The notes beneath the pieces are model-generated. The model was not told the origin of the DNA. It did not search any database and was given only the letters and a program-made list of their open reading frames with translations. The translations under genes and the position numbers were made by a program. Positions 19,989 to 28,938 of a stretch of DNA of 57,453 bases are shown one piece after another (positions within the stretch are counted from its first letter, which is position 1; each line of letters begins with the position of its first letter). The DNA comes from Candidatus Woesearchaeota archaeon (GTDB lineage: Archaea > Nanobdellota > Nanobdellia > SCGC-AAA011-G17 > JAGVZF01), in NCBI GenBank assembly GCA_964549185.1, contig CAZJUI010000005.1:1-57453 (forward strand). Direction: 5' to 3'.

Positions 19989-20357
19989 CTAAAATGAGTG
20001 CGAATAACAAAGTTCGCAAGCTTCTGGAATTGTGTCATCGTGTTTACGATGGATTTTACATATAAATTGTGTTTTTTCTATTAGATTAATCAAATAATTA
20101 AATTCTTGAATAAAGTTGTTATGTTGGGCAAATCTATCAACTGCTAACTTAATTTCTTTTTGAATATTACTATCAAAATCTAAATCTTTAGCACGTTTTA
20201 ACTTTAAATATTGTGAAACAGCTGATTCTGTTAGTTTTAGTTTTTCAGCTATTTGTTTTTGGGAAAAACCTTTTTCTTTTAGGATAGAAGCAAATTCTCT
20301 TCTTAGAGCTGGGATAATATACCATACTTCTATCTCTTGGGGCATATCAAATTTCAT
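19989..20357 (-). CDS. HTH transcriptional regulator with C-terminal Cys/His cluster, first gene of the suf operon
   Basis: XRE-like HTH (FSQKQIAEKLKLTESAVSQYLK) plus C-terminal C-x13-C-x2-C with flanking His residues (FICKIHRKHDDTIPEACELCYSH). ATG 20357 lies 24 nt from TATA 20381-20388. The track ORF extends to TTG 20369. Confidence 0.7.
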   Translation of the reverse strand: MKFDMPQEIEVWYIIPALRREFASILKEKGFSQKQIAEKLKLTESAVSQYLKLKRAKDLDFDSNIQKEIKLAVDRFAQHNNFIQEFNYLINLIEKTQFICKIHRKHDDTIPEACELCYSHSF

Positions 20358-20380
20358 GATAATTAACAATCGTTAACTTT

Positions 20381-20388
20381 TATATAAA
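20381..20388 (-). promoter_or_regulatory. TATA box (TTTATATA) of the suf operon
   Basis: AT-rich octamer 24 nt upstream of ATG 20357. The same spacing recurs at many genes in this window. Confidence 0.45.
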
Positions 20389-20393
20389 GCTTT

Positions 20394-22835
20394 CTATTTC
20401 TTCTTCTTGTTTTTCCTATTTATAAATATGTAAAAGATAAATAATAAAGCAATTACTGAAACTATGTTAAATAATGAAAAAAATGGAATTCTTATCTGAG
20501 TTGGAAGCAAACATTGGACATTTTCAGTTTTTGGGAAACCAGGAAGAGATTGTCCATTAGATGCATCAAATCTTTCTGATATTTTATCTCTTATGCCAAG
20601 ATTATCTTGTGTATTTCCGTCTTCGATACAGGCTGTATATCTTGTTATTGCTACTATGTTATTCTGTGATGAAAACTGGCCACAGGAACATTCTCCTGCC
20701 CATCCTTGTGGAATACATTTATAACTTGGCTCTAATACCTGACAGATTGCATCACCTGTTGCCTGGCTTCCTGGATCACAATCTTCTCCCGAATCTAAAA
20801 CTCCGTTACCACAGTAAGCAACTTGTTGTTGACTAGAAACTTGAATTATCTGAGATCTTTTTGGCACTATTGGTGGTGGGTTTGTTATTACTTCAGCCTT
20901 GAATATATAATCATTAGACCTTGAAGGATCATATTCTGTAACCCAGGATGTTGTTATTGGGTTTGATAAAATTGAAAAATCTCCTAAATCTTTCACAAGA
21001 TTCTGATTGGCACTATCATAAACCTTTAAGTTTACTGTCTCTCCTATTGAGCATGTTGATTCATCATATGTAACCTTTAATGTAACTTGTTGATTGTTAT
21101 TAAGTATTGCTGGACTTGCAGGAGGATATGGATATTCATTTCCATCATCATACCAAGATGCTCTTGTCACTGTACAAATTGCAGCATTCCATGAGACTGT
21201 TTCCTGGTCTGATTGTGAAATTGCATCTGTACAGGTTGCTGTTAAGGTATATATTCCAGATTCTAATAGATGATCTGGATTTATATCATATGTATAATAG
21301 TGATTTACTAAATCGCTTGAGGTAAATGGAAGATTATTAACTAAAGTTGGATTTGTTGGAGAAGATAATAAGAAATTAACTGAGGTTACATCACTATCTA
21401 CACATTTTGCTCTCACAGCAGCTAAACTGTTTGGCTGCTTCATATTATTACAGGCAACCCAGTTTGTTCCATCAATAGAGCACTCTAAAGCTAATATTGT
21501 TGGGATTGGATTAGGTTGAGGAGATGGAGGAGCACAATTTCCAGTATATAATGTTGTGTCTGGAAATAAATTCATTAACCATGGGCAGAAACTAACAACT
21601 GCTGTTTCTCCATTACCATTCATTGGATTGTCTATTGTATCTTTAATTCCATTATAATCTGTTAAACCCCAGTGATTTTTTTCCAGATTGATATTGTAAT
21701 TTGGATAATTATCTGGATCTAGAGCAAGTGTATATTGAATCAAAAAGTTTAGTTTGTTGTTTCCACTAAGACCATATAGATTATTTAGATTATTATATTC
21801 AATTATATCTAAATTTCCGTCATTTATTCCACGATCTATAAAATATTTTATTCCAGTAGAATATCCTGGATCGCTTGTGATTGTATTTTGTTGTATTCTT
21901 GCGTTTCTCCTATTTGTTATGAAAATTCCAGGTCTTCCATTATGTATTGTGTTTTTAGTTATTGTTATATCATTCGCATCTGAGGAATAAATTCCTGCAC
22001 CGCATGTTGTTGTTAATGCGCAGGATGAAGATGATGCCGGGCTTGTATAGGCAATATCGTTATTATCTATCAATATGTCATAAATTGATGTAGTTGTTAA
22101 ATAAATTGCATTATCTCCTGATTGCATGTTAATTGTGTTATCTTTAATATCAATTCTTTGAGCATTTGTTTGAAGGCTTATTGCAGATTTAGAAGATGTT
22201 ATTGTGTTTCTTAGTATCTGATGATCTGAGCCATATATTTCCAATCCAATTGCTCCTGCAGTGTTTGGCACTTCTATAGGATTATTATCTGAGATTGTAT
22301 TAAATGATGATTGGGTTGACATTGTAATCCCGATTCGGTTATCTTTTATTTGGTTATCAGAAATTGTATTTGAATCTGATTGAGAAAGATAAATTCCAAG
22401 GTCGTTATTTTCTATAACATTGTTTGTTATCGTATTATATGAAGGATAATCATAAAAAAATCTTATGCCGGCAGCATTTAGTCCTAAAAAACCATTTATA
22501 TTACAATTTTTTATAGTTGTTTTACTTTTTATATTAACCCCTGCAGCAAGATATCCATTGCCATTTATATTAAATCCTTTACAATCTAGAGTTTTATATG
22601 AATTTGGATATGTAATTGGGTCTAAATTATCTATATTAATACAAACTGCTCCGGTTGGTCCTCCAGGAGCATATGTTATATCTTTTGAAAGTTCTACAGT
22701 ATTATAAGTTCCTGAATTAATTTTTGTTGAGCAATCTGAACAAGAATCACAAGTTGTTGAAGCAGCACTAACATAATTAATATTAAATAAAATACCAATT
22801 AATAGAACTACTAATATCAAGCCTCTTTTATGCAT
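20394..22835 (-). CDS. large secreted surface protein with right-handed parallel beta-helix (PbH1/NosD-like) repeats and C-terminal TM anchor
   Basis: 813 aa. N-terminal signal peptide (LILVVLLIGILFNINYVSA). Repeated ~22-aa units (NTI.DN.I..N..GI.L..S), Cys-rich stalk, and a C-terminal hydrophobic helix plus RKNKKKK. Confidence 0.8.
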   Translation of the reverse strand: MHKRGLILVVLLIGILFNINYVSAASTTCDSCSDCSTKINSGTYNTVELSKDITYAPGGPTGAVCINIDNLDPITYPNSYKTLDCKGFNINGNGYLAAGVNIKSKTTIKNCNINGFLGLNAAGIRFFYDYPSYNTITNNVIENNDLGIYLSQSDSNTISDNQIKDNRIGITMSTQSSFNTISDNNPIEVPNTAGAIGLEIYGSDHQILRNTITSSKSAISLQTNAQRIDIKDNTINMQSGDNAIYLTTTSIYDILIDNNDIAYTSPASSSSCALTTTCGAGIYSSDANDITITKNTIHNGRPGIFITNRRNARIQQNTITSDPGYSTGIKYFIDRGINDGNLDIIEYNNLNNLYGLSGNNKLNFLIQYTLALDPDNYPNYNINLEKNHWGLTDYNGIKDTIDNPMNGNGETAVVSFCPWLMNLFPDTTLYTGNCAPPSPQPNPIPTILALECSIDGTNWVACNNMKQPNSLAAVRAKCVDSDVTSVNFLLSSPTNPTLVNNLPFTSSDLVNHYYTYDINPDHLLESGIYTLTATCTDAISQSDQETVSWNAAICTVTRASWYDDGNEYPYPPASPAILNNNQQVTLKVTYDESTCSIGETVNLKVYDSANQNLVKDLGDFSILSNPITTSWVTEYDPSRSNDYIFKAEVITNPPPIVPKRSQIIQVSSQQQVAYCGNGVLDSGEDCDPGSQATGDAICQVLEPSYKCIPQGWAGECSCGQFSSQNNIVAITRYTACIEDGNTQDNLGIRDKISERFDASNGQSLPGFPKTENVQCLLPTQIRIPFFSLFNIVSVIALLFIFYIFINRKNKKKK

Positions 22836-22868
22836 AGATTTAAAAAACTTTTACTATTTAAATATTTT

Positions 22869-23345
22869 ATGGTTAATTACTATTCTAAGATAGCGGAGGG
22901 GTATGATGAATTATATAAAAAAGAACAATTAAATAAACTAAAGCTGATATTAAAAAATGTTAATATTAAAGGGAAAGTTTTAGATATTGGATGTGGAACA
23001 GCCTTTTATTCTAAACATTTTAAAGATTATACTGGAATTGATAATAGCAATGGGATGTTAAAGAAAGCTAATTCCAATGTTTTTTATGGAAATGCTGAAA
23101 AGTTAAAATTTAAAGACAAAAGTTTTGACGTTGTTATTTGTTTAACTGCAATACATAATTTTAAAGATTATGAAAAAGCGTTAAGGGAAATGAAAAGAGT
23201 GAGTAAAAAATTAATAATAATAAGTTTGTTGAAAAAAGCTAAAGGGTTTAATGAAATAAAGAATAAAATAGAAAGTATGTTTAGTAATATCAAAAAATTA
23301 GATGAAGAAAAAGATTTAATATTTATTATTAATCAAACATCTTGA
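22869..23345 (+). CDS. class I SAM-dependent methyltransferase (Methyltransf_11-like)
   Basis: Motif I VLDIGCGTAFYS, with an N-terminus YYSKIAEGYDELY typical of the family. The track ORF starts at 22830, overlapping the divergent gene, so I prefer ATG 22869. Confidence 0.75.
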   Translation: MVNYYSKIAEGYDELYKKEQLNKLKLILKNVNIKGKVLDIGCGTAFYSKHFKDYTGIDNSNGMLKKANSNVFYGNAEKLKFKDKSFDVVICLTAIHNFKDYEKALREMKRVSKKLIIISLLKKAKGFNEIKNKIESMFSNIKKLDEEKDLIFIINQTS

Positions 23346-25245
23346 ATGGATTATTTGAATGTTCTGCTTCTACTGCTTCTTTATTTGAATTTTTTTGTAA
23401 TGGTTGATCAAAAGATTGTCTGGATTTTGGAGCTCTATATTCGAACTTTGTAGGGTCTGAGAAATCTCTTTGAATTCTATCCCTGAAATCTTGCACATCT
23501 CTTTCAGTCGGGGTTCCATAACTAGGTTTTTTATACGTTGGAGATGATTTAACTGTTTCTTTGAATTTTTGGCCCTCTTGAAAATCTCTTTGTCTTTCCC
23601 TTTGAACTCTTGAAACTCTTCTCATTCTTACTATAAATATAGTAAATACCATTAATAAGATTAATAATGATAAATAGGCTATTGGAGTTTTAGATGTTGT
23701 TGAGCCTGGATTTAACACAACTGCTCCAGTTGCTTCTTTTAAAGCATCTGTAAATTTAGTTCCAAAAGATCTTGTGTCTTGTAAATTAACTTTTTCAAAT
23801 TTCTTATTTTGGTTTATTATTGTGATATCATATGTGCCTGGGTAAACATCTTTGTTTAATCCTAAGATTATAGATTGTCCAGGATCAAGATTGGTTCTTC
23901 TTTCTATTATTTTTGAGTCGGCTCCTGAATATTCTATCTGTATTGGATCAGTATATCTTATATTTCCAATATTCTTTATTTCAAGTAATGCTCCTTTTAG
24001 ATTAAATGATAGTTGTTTTATTAATGGAACAGAGAATATTTTTGTTGTTTCTATATCATTTATTGAAGCTAAAATTGTCCATTGTCCAGGAATAGGATAT
24101 TGATCTAGATCATATGTAAATGTTTCTATTGAAAGTTGCTGCTTCTCATAAACCTTTTTATTATTTGGGTTAATAACTATAATTTTAATCTCTTTTGACA
24201 TAACATCGTTTGCTTGATCTGCTAACGATATTATAGCTTCCACTTTATCGGATGGATTATACATTTTTTTTGATGTTTCCACTTTGAGAATTGTCGAGCT
24301 TGGAATTATGAAAAAAGACGATTGTTTAGTTCCAATATTTCCGGCTGTATCTTTGGCTTCCAAGAATAATGTGTGAGATTTTGACTTTAAGGTCTTTGAT
24401 AATAATAAGTTATATTCAAATCTTCCATCTTTGAATTCTGCATTGTAAGCATAATTATCTATTGTTAAAGTTATTTTTCCATCAAGTTTTTTATCATTAT
24501 TAACTGATCTTAAAATATTTCCTCTTATTACCATGCTTTCTCCTGGGTTATATTGGTCTTTATCTAAGGAGTATGAAATCTCTAGTTTATTGGAAACTTT
24601 TAATGAAGCTAGTTTAAAGTAATGTTTATTACCAAACTCATCTGTTAATTCTAGTTCTATAGAATAATCTCCTGCTGGTATTGAAGTTATTTCAGAAGAA
24701 TATGTGAATTGTGAATTTAATAAAGTAACTTGTGATGATAAGATTGTTTCTGAAGCTTTTTTTATGAATAATGTTCCAAACCCATTTATTTTTGTTCCAT
24801 CAAGTTTTTTAATATCTCCATTTATTGTTAGTTTATCACCCAATTGAAGTTCAGTTGGATTAACATTAAATGTTCCTTTTAGATCTTTAGCTATATCAAA
24901 TCTTGATGTTTTTAATGAATCTTGATTATAATTTGTTAAGATAATGCAAGAACCAGATGTTTGTAATGGAATTGGTAATTGTTCTTGGAAGGGATATGTT
25001 TCATCTTGTTCTAGGTTAAGGAATCGGTTAATTAATTGTGTTTCTTTGCCATCACAGTTTAAAACAACCTTAAAGTTACCTGATTGAGTTAAATCTGATT
25101 TAATAAAACCTTTTAGAGTTATTTTATCACCTACATTATAACTAATCTTCTCTAAAGGATCAATATATATTTCAGCCAAACTTATTGGAATTATAGTTAA
25201 AAATAATAGAATTACTAATATGTTAACGTACACACCTCTTTTCAT
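23329..25245 (-). CDS. secreted single-pass membrane protein with repeated Ig-like/beta-sandwich modules and a charged cytoplasmic tail
   Basis: 638 aa. Signal peptide, repeats such as GD.IT..G and GNI.., a TM helix (IAYLSLLILLMVFTIFIV) and a ~110-aa basic/acidic tail. Confidence 0.7.
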   Translation of the reverse strand: MKRGVYVNILVILLFLTIIPISLAEIYIDPLEKISYNVGDKITLKGFIKSDLTQSGNFKVVLNCDGKETQLINRFLNLEQDETYPFQEQLPIPLQTSGSCIILTNYNQDSLKTSRFDIAKDLKGTFNVNPTELQLGDKLTINGDIKKLDGTKINGFGTLFIKKASETILSSQVTLLNSQFTYSSEITSIPAGDYSIELELTDEFGNKHYFKLASLKVSNKLEISYSLDKDQYNPGESMVIRGNILRSVNNDKKLDGKITLTIDNYAYNAEFKDGRFEYNLLLSKTLKSKSHTLFLEAKDTAGNIGTKQSSFFIIPSSTILKVETSKKMYNPSDKVEAIISLADQANDVMSKEIKIIVINPNNKKVYEKQQLSIETFTYDLDQYPIPGQWTILASINDIETTKIFSVPLIKQLSFNLKGALLEIKNIGNIRYTDPIQIEYSGADSKIIERRTNLDPGQSIILGLNKDVYPGTYDITIINQNKKFEKVNLQDTRSFGTKFTDALKEATGAVVLNPGSTTSKTPIAYLSLLILLMVFTIFIVRMRRVSRVQRERQRDFQEGQKFKETVKSSPTYKKPSYGTPTERDVQDFRDRIQRDFSDPTKFEYRAPKSRQSFDQPLQKNSNKEAVEAEHSNNPFKMFD

Positions 25246-25366
25246 AGGCTTAAATAATAATAACTGATTTAAATAGTTTATTGTTGAGTAGAGGATAGAT
25301 TTATGTTATTTTTATTAAGTGGTGACAAACGTAAAGTTTATAAAGGTGTATTAATTATAATTTGTT

Positions 25367-25852
25367 ATGGTAGATGAAATTGAATTTAGGAAGTGGTATA
25401 GCCAAAATGATCTTACATACATGATTATAGCTAGATCTATAGGAACCGATATTTTAGTAAGAGGAGATATTCATCCTTTACATGAATTTGTATTCCAACT
25501 TCATAATGCTTATTACCCTAATGATAAAAGATTAACAAATGATAAAATATTAGAATATTTTGATACTTTAAAAGAAGTTTTAACAACGGGTAATACAAAA
25601 ACAGGTAATGTAATCTGTTTTGGGGATGATAGAATAAGGGAAGTTTGTAGGATGGATAAAGCGAATTACGAATTTGAAGGGCCATATGATGGAAGTAATA
25701 AACATATTGAATTAAGACATAATGAGCAGTATGGAGGAGAATATCCTTCTAATCCCATTTTAAGCTCAAGAGCAGGAATTATAGATAAAGTGTTGCAGGC
25801 ATTTTCAAGTATGAGGCCAAAAGAACAGCAAGTATCTTGGAATTTAGGTTAA
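25367..25852 (+). CDS. hypothetical protein (161 aa)
   Basis: ATG ORF with a TATA-like tttataaag about 25 nt upstream. No motif recognised. Confidence 0.5.
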   Translation: MVDEIEFRKWYSQNDLTYMIIARSIGTDILVRGDIHPLHEFVFQLHNAYYPNDKRLTNDKILEYFDTLKEVLTTGNTKTGNVICFGDDRIREVCRMDKANYEFEGPYDGSNKHIELRHNEQYGGEYPSNPILSSRAGIIDKVLQAFSSMRPKEQQVSWNLG

Positions 25853-27963
25853 TCTTTAGCTTGATAATAAACCTTTTCTGTTAAAGAATATCTGTAAATC
25901 TCATCTTTTTGTAGTGCGCCTGTTCTAGATAAATAACCTTTCTTATGAAGTTCATTTACTACACCTTGTACGTTTTTTGTTAATGTTTTAAATTTAGGTT
26001 TTCTTCCTACTTTTTCTATATCATTTTTAACTATATCTGCTATTTGTTTTACAGTCAAAAATTCTTTAGATGATGTATTAAGAGCAACAACAACAGCCAT
26101 TGTTTCTAAGTCTCTTGAATATTTTTGCTGTGTTTCTCTAAGAATCCTTTTAAAATCGATATTTAAACCTATTTCTCTATAAACTGGTAATAATTCATAT
26201 ATGCTTTCGAGTTTTTGATCAAAGTCTTTGCTTAAAGTTTTAGGTTTTTTTACCTGTTTTGCTATATTTTCTAGCAATGGAATTTTTTTATTATTTAATG
26301 AATAGGTATAATGGTTAACTGTTCCTTCTCTGTTAATAAATCTGTTTTTTGAAAGATTTTTTAATGTATGATAAACACTTAATTCTGAACTTTTAACCCA
26401 TGTATTTGTTTGTTGTAAATCATCTTTAGCAGAATTTATTATTTCAGAAGCAGATAATCCAGGTTTTTTTGTTTCTGAAAGGGCTTTAATTACAGCCATG
26501 TTATATTTTGATATGGGCCCACTAACTTTAAGCGTATCAAATAATTTTTCTAGGTCTATTTTTTTTGCTAAATTTCTATAACCTGGTTGAACTTTTTCTG
26601 GTAATCTTGAATAGAATTGTTCAAGTTTTTCTGTAAAGTTTGATGTTTCTTTTGTTTTTCTTGATCTTGTTAATATTTTTTCTGCTATTGGGGTTTCTTC
26701 TACTAAAGATTCTAAAATTCCGGGTGCTGATATCTCATCTGTAGTTGAAAATGAATCTATATCTATCCTTAATCCGAATCTGTTAAATAAGTAATTAACT
26801 TGTGAATCGTGCAATCTTGATTTGATGTCTTCTTGTATATGTCCTGGAGTTTTATGTGTTTTTTCTGTACTTAAATCTAAAACAAACGATACATAACCAT
26901 CTTTTTCTATTTGAGTAGAATTATTTTGTAATTTTGTTGAAGATGATTGTAATGATTCAATAGCATGTCTTATTAATCCCCTTTCCAAATCAGTATATTG
27001 TTCTTCTTTCTTTACTTTTACTGGAATGTTTAATATAAGTTTGTAATCTCCTTTTTCATCTATAGCATTTGTTAATACATAGTGTAATCTTTCCACTGAA
27101 TCGTCAACATGAATTAGTTCTTTTATTGTAGCTCCTAAATCCAATTCTTGTAATTGTTCTATTAATTTTTTACCTTCCTTTAACATCTCTGTTTGTTCTT
27201 TACTCATTGTTGATCTAAGTCTTTCATTTTCATAAATAGGCATTAGACTGGAAACTATTATTTTTGCTTCGTCTGCATTCTTCTTTATTCTGTCATATTT
27301 TTCAGGGGTTGATTTTTCATGCAATCTTAATAATTTTTCAACTCTCGAATGTCTTTCTGCAATTGATGGAATTTCTGTTAAAAGGTCTTCTACTTCCTTG
27401 TAAATTCTACCATATTTATCTGATAATAAAGCTAATCTTTTGTTTTCTGATTCAATAATTCTTTTAGAAAATCCCTCTATTGAAGGGTTTTGTAATAGTT
27501 CTTCTAATTCTAAATTTCTAAATGTTAATCTTTCTATTTCTTCATCTTTTTCATTGCTAACATAAACTTGGGGTTCTTGAATTTCGGTTTCTGGCATAGG
27601 TAATTCTAATGTTACATCTGCTGGTTGTCTTGCATCAAAATGATTAGCTCCTATTCTAGAATGAGGTTGCTCTGTTGTTTGACTTGGTTTTGGTGGTGTT
27701 AAATAATAAAATTCAGGAGTAAAATTGGATTGTCTAAAGTGGCCTTGTAAAAAATCTACTGGCACCGGTTCTGAGAATCTTACTTCATTTTCTGCTGGAA
27801 AAGGTGTAACTTTAACCTTCATCTTATGCACTCTTTGAAGAACCCGTCTTAAATCTTGAGCTTCTGAAAATACTGCTCCAGGATCTATCTTTTTAAAAAT
27901 CTTACCTTTTCTTATTTTAAATCCGGTTACAAGGTTTTTTTCTTCAGGTTTTTCAGTTGGCAT
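25849..27963 (-). CDS. large hypothetical protein with coiled-coil centre and two tandem C-terminal winged-helix-like modules
   Basis: 704 aa. Internal duplication: NFTEKLEQFYSRLP...LSASEIINSA...YHTLKNLSKNRFINREG..HYTYSL versus DFDQKLESIYELLP...LTVKQIADIV...VVNELHKKGYLSRTG...YRYSL. Confidence 0.65.
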   Translation of the reverse strand: MPTEKPEEKNLVTGFKIRKGKIFKKIDPGAVFSEAQDLRRVLQRVHKMKVKVTPFPAENEVRFSEPVPVDFLQGHFRQSNFTPEFYYLTPPKPSQTTEQPHSRIGANHFDARQPADVTLELPMPETEIQEPQVYVSNEKDEEIERLTFRNLELEELLQNPSIEGFSKRIIESENKRLALLSDKYGRIYKEVEDLLTEIPSIAERHSRVEKLLRLHEKSTPEKYDRIKKNADEAKIIVSSLMPIYENERLRSTMSKEQTEMLKEGKKLIEQLQELDLGATIKELIHVDDSVERLHYVLTNAIDEKGDYKLILNIPVKVKKEEQYTDLERGLIRHAIESLQSSSTKLQNNSTQIEKDGYVSFVLDLSTEKTHKTPGHIQEDIKSRLHDSQVNYLFNRFGLRIDIDSFSTTDEISAPGILESLVEETPIAEKILTRSRKTKETSNFTEKLEQFYSRLPEKVQPGYRNLAKKIDLEKLFDTLKVSGPISKYNMAVIKALSETKKPGLSASEIINSAKDDLQQTNTWVKSSELSVYHTLKNLSKNRFINREGTVNHYTYSLNNKKIPLLENIAKQVKKPKTLSKDFDQKLESIYELLPVYREIGLNIDFKRILRETQQKYSRDLETMAVVVALNTSSKEFLTVKQIADIVKNDIEKVGRKPKFKTLTKNVQGVVNELHKKGYLSRTGALQKDEIYRYSLTEKVYYQAKD

Positions 27964-28069
27964 AGCAAAATTATGATATTTTATGGTTTAAAAACCTTTC
28001 GATTTGTAATTATTTTAGAGTAGTTAATGAAACAAAAGATTTAAATATAAGTAAAAAGTAAAATATATT

Positions 28070-28903
28070 ATGAAATACGAAAACCCAATTGAAGCTATTG
28101 AAGCGTTGAGCGAATCTTATCCCTTACCACAATCTGAACTAAAGGCAATTGTTGATGCGATTAGGCCAGTAGTTGAGGATGCTGCTCAGCGTGTTGAAAG
28201 ATTAAAAACATCAATAACTTCAAATTTATCTCAACGAGAGAGTGCTAGAGTTGAAGGTTTTTTATTTTATTATCAAAAAATGCTAGAGCATGATGTTTCA
28301 CCGATAAGTGTCACAATGTCTTCTCATCAGGGGGGATACTATAGTCCTGATTTTAGAATAGGTGAAAGAAGCTGGGCCTGGCAAGGTGTAGCTGATGTAG
28401 GAATTCCTTATTATAGTGGGAATAACTTTTGGAATTTTTTTTGGAAAGATAATGGAAAGATTATTCGTGAAGAAGAAGATTTAGATAGAATTTTGGAGGA
28501 ACATCGTGAAGTTATACTGGAAAGATTTAGAACAGGTCAATTATTATTAGGAGATAGTTCTTTCGCAGAAAATCCTTTTGAAAATTATTTATGGATGAAA
28601 AAATCTGAAGGTAAAACTCTAACAAAAGAGGAAATTGAAAAAGCAAGAATAGATTATGATGGAAAAAATATATTGAGATATGTTGATTGGCAAGGAAAAG
28701 AAATAAGAGTTGGAAGAACGCTTTTTGAAGCTTGGGAAGAATTTAAAGATGAAAATCCAGAATTAATTTTAGGTCTTGTAGAAATTTGTAATCTTGATCG
28801 TGATATAATAAGCGAAAGAAGAGATGAATTTGACTTGTTATTATCGAAAGCATTTACGTTAATGAGAGTAAAAGGTTTTCCAACATATCCTGGACATTTA
28901 TAG
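28070..28903 (+). CDS. hypothetical protein (277 aa), locally G+C-richer
   Basis: Intact ATG ORF with TATA-like tttaaatat upstream. Trp-rich (WAWQG, FWNFFWKD). No motif recognised. Confidence 0.6.
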   Translation: MKYENPIEAIEALSESYPLPQSELKAIVDAIRPVVEDAAQRVERLKTSITSNLSQRESARVEGFLFYYQKMLEHDVSPISVTMSSHQGGYYSPDFRIGERSWAWQGVADVGIPYYSGNNFWNFFWKDNGKIIREEEDLDRILEEHREVILERFRTGQLLLGDSSFAENPFENYLWMKKSEGKTLTKEEIEKARIDYDGKNILRYVDWQGKEIRVGRTLFEAWEEFKDENPELILGLVEICNLDRDIISERRDEFDLLLSKAFTLMRVKGFPTYPGHL

Positions 28904-28908
28904 CAATA

Positions 28909-28916
28909 TTTATAAA
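28909..28916 (+). promoter_or_regulatory. TATA box (TTTATAAA) of thrS
   Basis: Octamer ending 23 nt upstream of ATG 28939, with no Shine-Dalgarno sequence between them. This implies a leaderless mRNA. Confidence 0.45.
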
Positions 28917-28938
28917 TTCTTAAGAAAGATAAAGTTTA

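Noticed and set aside
20394-20500. Archaeosortase-type C-terminal sorting signal (PGF-/PEF-CTERM) on the beta-helix surface protein
   Set aside because: The C-terminus has a TM helix plus a basic tail (..IPFFSLFNIVSVIALLFIFYIFINRKNKKKK) but no recognisable PGF, PEF or VPxxxP tripeptide. I call it only a TM anchor.
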